Source: a virus (Duplodnaviria; Caudoviricetes). From it: a stretch of 50,944 nucleotides of DNA. Positions within the stretch are counted from its first letter, which is position 1. Every line of letters starts with the position of its first letter. Of the stretch, positions 45,566 through 50,944 are shown in pieces. Location: the IMG/VR virus record IMGVR_UViG_3300018071_000003, positions 1-50,944 of that record; one strand, written 5' to 3'. Both the position numbers and the translations under genes were made by a program. The notes beneath the pieces were generated by a model. The model made no database searches, was not told the origin of the DNA, and was given only the letters and a program-made list of their open reading frames with translations.

Positions 45566-46131
45566 TAGCCTGTGAATTTAGTGGCATTGTGCGCGAAGCC
45601 TTTAGAGTACGCGGCCATTCGGCATTATCGTGTGATCTGCTGCCTTGCGAGAGGGGACCAGAGCATCATTTACAGCAAGATATTTGTGACCTATTTGGTA
45701 CCATCCGCCGTTCGCTCGGTGACGGTTGGGAGCCTGATTTAATTATCGCTTTCCCTCCTTGTACGCATTTATCCGTAAGCGGGGCACGATGGTTCAAAGA
45801 TAAGCTTATAGAACAGGAAGAAGCTGTGAAATTTTTTATGGAAATGATAAATGCGCCAGCATTAAAAGTTGCGGTAGAGAATCCCATTGGCATCATGTCT
45901 ACTAGGTATCGTAAGCCAGATCAGATTATCCAGCCGTGGCAATTCGGACATCCTGAGACAAAGGCTACGTGTTTATGGCTAAAGAATCTGCCAAAACTAC
46001 AACCTACAAATGTTGTAGTTGGTCGTGAGGGACGGGTATGGAAACTAGGCCCATCCCCTAATCGATGGAAAGATCGTTCCAGAACTTACCAAGGAATTGC
46101 TGATGCAATGGCGGAACAATGGACTCATTAA
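45544..46131 (+). CDS. Short DNA cytosine methyltransferase-like protein; probable ATT start at 45544
   Basis: KVLIACEFSGIVREAF (upstream of the track start), SCDL, AFPPCTHL, ENP, QPWQFG, KATCLWL, RSRTY.GIA.AMA.QW. Confidence 0.75.
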   Translation: MNKNKVLIACEFSGIVREAFRVRGHSALSCDLLPCERGPEHHLQQDICDLFGTIRRSLGDGWEPDLIIAFPPCTHLSVSGARWFKDKLIEQEEAVKFFMEMINAPALKVAVENPIGIMSTRYRKPDQIIQPWQFGHPETKATCLWLKNLPKLQPTNVVVGREGRVWKLGPSPNRWKDRSRTYQGIADAMAEQWTH

Positions 46132-46493
46132 AATTCGCTTTGAATAAAAAAGAATATTATAAAGAATATTACCGTAGGAATAAATGGCGTTGGATTGAAC
46201 GTTATCATATTCTTACCGGAGAAGGTTCGGGAAGTAAAAAAGATTTAAAGGCATCTAATTATAAACATGGTCGAAGTTGTTTTCGTCGTTGGGCAAAGGA
46301 ACGCAAATTAAAACTACAACAATGTGAACGCTGTCAATGTAGTTTACTAAATGTTACATCATATCAATGGGCAGGACATCATAAAGATCACAATTCTACT
46401 AATAATACAATTATAAATTTAGAAGTATTGTGCAAGCGATGTCATCAAATAGAACACAAATGTTGGAAACAATTAAATGTTACTACAAGGTGA
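46119..46493 (+). CDS. HNH endonuclease
   Basis: CERC...HHKDHN..NN...NLEVLCKRCH..EH. Confidence 0.85.
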   Translation: MDSLKFALNKKEYYKEYYRRNKWRWIERYHILTGEGSGSKKDLKASNYKHGRSCFRRWAKERKLKLQQCERCQCSLLNVTSYQWAGHHKDHNSTNNTIINLEVLCKRCHQIEHKCWKQLNVTTR

Positions 46494-47217
46494 TATTAAG
46501 AGTTTGGAAATTGTAGCTGCGGCTTATTTAAGCCAAGATATCATCTTACAAGATGAAGTAAAACAAGGAAAGGATTTCCATAGTGATAATCAAAGGCGAT
46601 TTAAATTACCAGATCGTGTTACAGCAAAACGATTCGTCTTTAAGCTCATCTACGGAGCGTCTGCTTACGGATATGCAAATGACGGCGACTTCCAGACTAT
46701 TGGGTTTTCACAACGTCAATGGCAAGGAGTAATTGATGAATACTACGAGAAGTATAAAGGTATTCGACAGTGGCACCAAAACTTGGTGCGAAGCGTTCTT
46801 GAAACCGGATGCTACGTTTCTCCTACTGGTAGACGGTACGAGTACCCCTCTAAAGATGTTGCTTCAAGAGAGTGGTTCTGGAGACCTAGGATACTTAACT
46901 ATCCCGTTCAAGGACTTGGAGCAGATTTAGTGATGTTGGCTCGTATTAGTATGTGGAGACGAATACAAAGACTTGGTTTTTATGAAGTTCCTCCTGTTTC
47001 CAGTGTTCATGATTCGATTGTTCTAGACGTTCCGTCTGATAAATCTCTTGACATGAAGAAAGGATTGTGTTATACTATTGGTAAGATGTTGCGTAAATGT
47101 GTACAAGATGTTCCAATTAATTTCGAGAGGCAATTCGGCCAACCTTTCGACCTACCTTTAGATTGTGAAGTAAAGGTAGGACTTAACCTTGGGTCGATGG
47201 AGAAAATTGAATGCTAA
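46477..47217 (+). CDS. DNA polymerase family A, part 3 (catalytic motifs A, B, C)
   Basis: Motif A GDIKSLE, motif B RVTAKRFVFKLIYG, NYPVQG, motif C VHDS. Confidence 0.9.
   Translation: MLLQGDIKSLEIVAAAYLSQDIILQDEVKQGKDFHSDNQRRFKLPDRVTAKRFVFKLIYGASAYGYANDGDFQTIGFSQRQWQGVIDEYYEKYKGIRQWHQNLVRSVLETGCYVSPTGRRYEYPSKDVASREWFWRPRILNYPVQGLGADLVMLARISMWRRIQRLGFYEVPPVSSVHDSIVLDVPSDKSLDMKKGLCYTIGKMLRKCVQDVPINFERQFGQPFDLPLDCEVKVGLNLGSMEKIEC
47048..47076 (+). promoter_or_regulatory. Sigma70 promoter embedded in the polymerase coding sequence
   Basis: TTGACA-17 nt-TATACT with TG extension. Confidence 0.65.
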
Positions 47218-47708
47218 TATCAATTCAATCAGTAAACGTCACTCGTGCTCCTAAAGGGTATTCCATCGCAGAAGTAACATATCTGCGTGAGGGACGCGAA
47301 GAAGCTCGTAAGGTAATGTCATTTGTCAATGAAGGTGTATTTAAAACGGTTTCTGAATTTAAAGTTTTTCCAGTTGATGTTAATGTAACTCTTGCCAAAG
47401 AACGTGGTAAAGATGGAAAAGACTATTGGCAATGGAAGGCAATTGAACAGGGACAAACAGTGCAAAATGACGTTACGGCAAAAGCAGTAGATCCGAAGAT
47501 TCAAGGCGGCAAAGTTTATAGCTCCAATTATGAAACACCCACAGAGCGGGCTAAGAGACAAGTTTACATCGTACGTCAATCTAGCTTGTCAAACGCTATT
47601 GCACTTATGGCAGCACGTAGTCCAAAAGGTGCAGAAGTGAATGTTGAAAGTGTCATTGAAGTGGCGAAACAATTTGAAGAATATGTTCTCAACGTGGAGG
47701 TTGTATGA
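47211..47708 (+). CDS. Putative ssDNA-binding / recombination protein
   Basis: OB-like N-terminal domain, YET..ERA.RQVYIVRQSSLSNAI motif; position after the polymerase. Confidence 0.55.
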   Translation: MLISIQSVNVTRAPKGYSIAEVTYLREGREEARKVMSFVNEGVFKTVSEFKVFPVDVNVTLAKERGKDGKDYWQWKAIEQGQTVQNDVTAKAVDPKIQGGKVYSSNYETPTERAKRQVYIVRQSSLSNAIALMAARSPKGAEVNVESVIEVAKQFEEYVLNVEVV

Positions 47709-47887
47709 TTAGAGAAGCATTTAAAGTGCATGTAGACGATTTTGGACCAGGTATTGAAAAAGTGGATATTACAGATCAGGATGGTATTAGTTGGCGCTCG
47801 GCTAAGAAACAACTTAGACAATGGTATTTAGATCAAGCAAAAAAACTTCGTGATGTAACTCAAAAAGACTATTTCCCACATGCTTAA
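47705..47887 (+). CDS. Hypothetical protein
   Basis: GGAGG SD; coupled. Confidence 0.6.
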   Translation: MIREAFKVHVDDFGPGIEKVDITDQDGISWRSAKKQLRQWYLDQAKKLRDVTQKDYFPHA

Positions 47888-48095
47888 AAGTTTGTTTCAA
47901 CCTGATGTTGATTCAATACTTGAAGAGTTTCATAAAGTAATTAAACGGCTGGATACAGCAGTTGAGTTTTATAATTCTGAAGCCGCAAGACAACTTGATT
48001 TGATGGCACAAGCTCAAAATGCGAAGCAATTTGCCGAGGATGAAGGTAAACGTGCATTGCGTATTGCCGGTCAACTTTCTGAACTACTCAGGTAA
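47880..48095 (+). CDS. Small helical hypothetical protein
   Basis: Coupled 71-aa ORF. Confidence 0.6.
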   Translation: MLKSLFQPDVDSILEEFHKVIKRLDTAVEFYNSEAARQLDLMAQAQNAKQFAEDEGKRALRIAGQLSELLR

Positions 48096-48097
48096 GG

Positions 48098-48841
48098 GTG
48101 AAGGCACTTGTGAAGGCACTCATTGATGGCGACATCATTGCGTATCGCTGTGCGGTGTCAGCGGAACAAGAAGATCAAGCTTTTATCCCTATCTCGCGTT
48201 GTGAGAATCTTGTCGAAGAAATTCTCGAAGCTACTGAAGCAAATCTGCACGAGATTTTTATCAGCGGTCCGGGAAATTTTCGTAGAGAAATCTACCCGGC
48301 GTACAAAGTTAACAGGAAGCAACCACCGCCGAAATGGTTAGAAACTTGTGAGAGGTATTTAATTGACGAATGGAATGCGACCGTTACTGACGGATGTGAA
48401 GCTGACGATGCGTTGGGTGTTGCCCAAATGGAAGGAATTTATTTTGACGATCCTGAAATTCCATTTGGTCTATATACAGTTATTTGTTCCATTGATAAAG
48501 ACCTTCTTCAGATTCCCGGAAAGCATTATAACTTTGTTAAACGGGAGTTTCAGGAAATCTCCTATGCCCGAGGAATGCGAGAGTTTTACTTAAGTATGCT
48601 CATTGGCGACGCCACAGATAACATCAAAGGTTTGAAAAATGTTGGAAAATCTAAAGCGCCTAGACTTTTAGAAGGTTGTTCAACCGAAGATGAATTATTT
48701 AATACTTGTCGTGAATTATATAATGATGACGAGTACATGCTGCTAACAGGACGACTCTTATGGATATGGCGTCAAACAAATGGAGATTGGTTAAATACGC
48801 ATTACGGTCAAATATTAAATGAAGCAATGCACAAAGTGTAA
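48098..48841 (+). CDS. 5'-3' exonuclease (T7 gp6 / FEN-like)
   Basis: IDGDIIAY, NFR..I...YK.NR, EADD, SIDKDL.Q, GD.TDNI.G. Confidence 0.9.
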   Translation: MKALVKALIDGDIIAYRCAVSAEQEDQAFIPISRCENLVEEILEATEANLHEIFISGPGNFRREIYPAYKVNRKQPPPKWLETCERYLIDEWNATVTDGCEADDALGVAQMEGIYFDDPEIPFGLYTVICSIDKDLLQIPGKHYNFVKREFQEISYARGMREFYLSMLIGDATDNIKGLKNVGKSKAPRLLEGCSTEDELFNTCRELYNDDEYMLLTGRLLWIWRQTNGDWLNTHYGQILNEAMHKV

Positions 48842-48865
48842 AGTTAGCTATAAGGAAAAAAATAT

Positions 48866-49063
48866 TTGGAACCCGGTACAATTACAAAAACAAGAAGCGG
48901 GGCCGCAGTGAGAATCTATTGTGTAGATGCTGGAGGTAGACATCCTATTCATGGAGCCTATTGGAACGCAATTGAAATGTGTTGGACGCCTTCCAGTTGG
49001 GACAAAGACGGATGTTTCGTAGGGGCTAAATGGCCCCGATCGGTTGATCTTGTCCAAGAATGA
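48866..49063 (+). CDS. Small hypothetical protein
   Basis: KTRSG..VRIYC.D.GG.HPIHGA...W..DG......DLV pattern; TAAGGA SD. Confidence 0.6.
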   Translation: MEPGTITKTRSGAAVRIYCVDAGGRHPIHGAYWNAIEMCWTPSSWDKDGCFVGAKWPRSVDLVQE

Positions 49064-49415
49064 ACATACCCGGAATGGAGGCACTTGGACGGAAGGACGA
49101 TTCCGTGGATTCATTACTAGTGCTCTTAGAGGGGCTTTTAGACGTTGGCAACCAAAGTATACAACACTTGCGAACAGTTGTGTCGGACGTAAGAAGAATA
49201 AACAATCAGGTAGGCTCGCAAAGCATTATAGATGCGCTATATGTAATGGAGCGTTCCCACAAACCGGAGTACAGGTGGATCATAAACTTCCTATCGGCAG
49301 TACGAAAAGCTGGAATGAGTTTATAGAAAAGCTATTTTGTGAATCAAACAACCTACAGGTTTTGTGCAAATTGTGTCATAAGAAAAAGACAAAGAAGGAA
49401 CAAGTGTGCAAATAA
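49044..49415 (+). CDS. HNH endonuclease
   Basis: WTEGRFRGFI.SALR...RW, YRCAIC, VQVDH, NLQVLCK.CH..KT. Confidence 0.85.
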   Translation: MILSKNEHTRNGGTWTEGRFRGFITSALRGAFRRWQPKYTTLANSCVGRKKNKQSGRLAKHYRCAICNGAFPQTGVQVDHKLPIGSTKSWNEFIEKLFCESNNLQVLCKLCHKKKTKKEQVCK

Positions 49416-49618
49416 ACTTTGAAGAACCAACTCCAAATGGGATAGCACAATTTAGTGGAGAACTTACCAAAGAAGAAGTTGACTTCCTTCTGCGTTTCGC
49501 ACTACTTAGCTTACTTACACGTGGAATGCTTCCACAAACAATTGTAGTTAAGTACCCGAATGAAGATGAAGATATTATTGATGCGGAAATTATTCCGGAC
49601 AAGAAGGATATGAATTGA
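49406..49618 (+). CDS. Hypothetical protein
   Basis: Coupled 70-aa ORF. Confidence 0.55.
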   Translation: MQINFEEPTPNGIAQFSGELTKEEVDFLLRFALLSLLTRGMLPQTIVVKYPNEDEDIIDAEIIPDKKDMN

Positions 49619-50418
49619 AGCACCTTGTCATTCCAGATGCACAGTGTAAGCCCGGTGTACCTCTAGAGCACCTTACTTGGGCCGGTAAGTACATTGTCGA
49701 AAAGAAACCTGATACAATTATCTGCATTGGTGACTTTGCAGATATGGAATCCCTTTCGATGTACGATGTAGGCAAGAAAAGTTTTGAGGGCCGACGATAT
49801 CAGTCTGACATTAAGTGTGCTCACGAATCAATGGAATTGTTACTTAGTCCTATATGGGATTTTAATGAGAAAGCTGCTCGAAATCATGAGAAACAATATT
49901 TTCCTAGGATGGTTCTTACCTTAGGGAACCATGAGGATAGAATTTCTAGATGTGTAGATGCTGACCCTAAACTAGATGGAGTCTTGTCTCTAAAGGATTT
50001 AAAGTATGAAGACTATGGTTGGGAAGTTTTCCCTTACCTCGAACCCATTATTATTGACGGAGTGGCTTACTGTCACTTCTTTACTTCTGGAGTGTTGGGG
50101 AAACCTGTCACAAGCGCAGCGGCGCTCCTTACTAAGAAGCACCAGAGTTGTGCTATGGGACACGTTCAGGGAAGGCAAATTGCATATGGAACAAGAGCCG
50201 ATGGTACGCAAATTACTGGACTTTTTGTGGGAGGTTTCTACCAACACGATGAAGCCTACCTTAGATGGCAAGGAAACAAGCACTGGCGCGGCTTGTGGGT
50301 CTTGCACCAGGTCCGAGAAGGAAGTTTCGATGAAATGCCAGTGAGTTTAGAATATTTAGGGATGAAATATGGTGGAAAACCACAAGATTGGTATGACAAA
50401 AAAGTGTCCAACGTGTAA
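49615..50418 (+). CDS. Metallophosphoesterase / nuclease-like protein
   Basis: IPDAQ, IGDFADM, LGNHE, YCH, GH.Q motifs. Confidence 0.85.
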   Translation: MKHLVIPDAQCKPGVPLEHLTWAGKYIVEKKPDTIICIGDFADMESLSMYDVGKKSFEGRRYQSDIKCAHESMELLLSPIWDFNEKAARNHEKQYFPRMVLTLGNHEDRISRCVDADPKLDGVLSLKDLKYEDYGWEVFPYLEPIIIDGVAYCHFFTSGVLGKPVTSAAALLTKKHQSCAMGHVQGRQIAYGTRADGTQITGLFVGGFYQHDEAYLRWQGNKHWRGLWVLHQVREGSFDEMPVSLEYLGMKYGGKPQDWYDKKVSNV

Positions 50419-50836
50419 TACCGTTAAGTCCATTGAGGCTTTTCAAAAAAATCGATGTGCACCTGATGGACTACAATGGCATTGCAAATTGTGCAGAAAA
50501 GTTATTGATTCTCGTCCTGAGAAACGTGCACAAGATCGTGCGCGTTATCATACAAATAAAGATCAATGGTTAGATCTCCATTTGAAAAACATGTATGGGA
50601 TTTCATTGTTTGAGTATAAACAAGTAGAAACACGTCAAAATGGTGTTTGTGCTATTTGTCAAAAAATATGTGCTTCTGGAAGAAAATTAGCTGTAGATCA
50701 TTGTCATGCAACAGGGAGATTCCGTGGACTTCTGTGTGGCAAATGTAATCAAGGAATTGGGCTTCTTCAAGAAAGTTCAGAACTTATGAAAAGAGCAATC
50801 AACTATTTGAAAAGTAAGTATGCCACTGCCAACTGA
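50369..50836 (+). CDS. Endonuclease VII-like protein with N-terminal Zn finger
   Basis: YGI...Y......Q.G.CAIC, LAVDHCH.TG.FRGLLC..CN.GIG. Confidence 0.85.
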   Translation: MVENHKIGMTKKCPTCNTVKSIEAFQKNRCAPDGLQWHCKLCRKVIDSRPEKRAQDRARYHTNKDQWLDLHLKNMYGISLFEYKQVETRQNGVCAICQKICASGRKLAVDHCHATGRFRGLLCGKCNQGIGLLQESSELMKRAINYLKSKYATAN

Positions 50837-50944
50837 TCCAAAGGAACGAAAGAATGTTCCTATTGCTCGCGGTCTTCTTGATTACTTCCCTGATGCTTGC
50901 TGTGCAGTTGCTGAACTTAGCCGTATTGGTAATGATCAGCATAA
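50820..50944 (+). CDS. dATP/dGTP diphosphohydrolase-like (DUF5664) protein, 3'-truncated (not in ORF track)
   Basis: MPLPTDPKERKNVPIARGLLDYFPDACCAVAELSRIGNDQH, which matches the family N-terminal pattern as I recall it. Confidence 0.65.
   Translation, partial: MPLPTDPKERKNVPIARGLLDYFPDACCAVAELSRIGNDQH

Noticed and set aside
45566-46476. Group I intron interrupting the polymerase
   Set aside because: The interval is fully occupied by two overlapping ORFs and I saw no P7/catalytic core or non-coding flanks
1-50944. Alternative genetic code, prophage status or circular closure of the window
   Set aside because: Genes tile densely with standard stops, no integrase or host genes were seen, and the two ends lie in different genes so some sequence is missing

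Overview
Almost the whole genome of a lytic dsDNA podovirus-like phage (Caudoviricetes), cut inside genes at both window edges. Its organisation resembles phiEco32/PaP3/LUZ24-type phages. The minus-strand late arm (about 28.7 kb down to 0.8 kb) encodes terminase, portal, a GroES-like co-chaperonin, scaffold, major capsid protein, an unusually long mosaic run of accessory virion/fibre genes, head-tail adaptor, tail hub, ejection proteins and a holin. A control region with few genes (about 28.75-31.6 kb) holds sigma70 promoters, a Fur-type box, an IHF site, palindromic operators and probably the genome terminus. The plus-strand early/middle arm encodes small early proteins, a five-enzyme amide/peptide-ligase cluster, primase, helicase, a family A DNA polymerase in three pieces, nucleases and phosphoesterases. 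The strongest unexplained signal is a roughly 450-nt, densely base-paired, non-coding multi-helix region (about 31145-31596) behind its own consensus promoter, a candidate novel large phage ncRNA. Other hidden signals: a canonical -1 slippery site at a lipoprotein stop codon, probable ATA/ATT starts for the helicase and the methylase, and twin tandem-GA hairpins in origin-like contexts. No tRNA, CRISPR array, integrase or phage RNA polymerase was seen. All calls come from reading motifs by eye; no database search or folding program was run.
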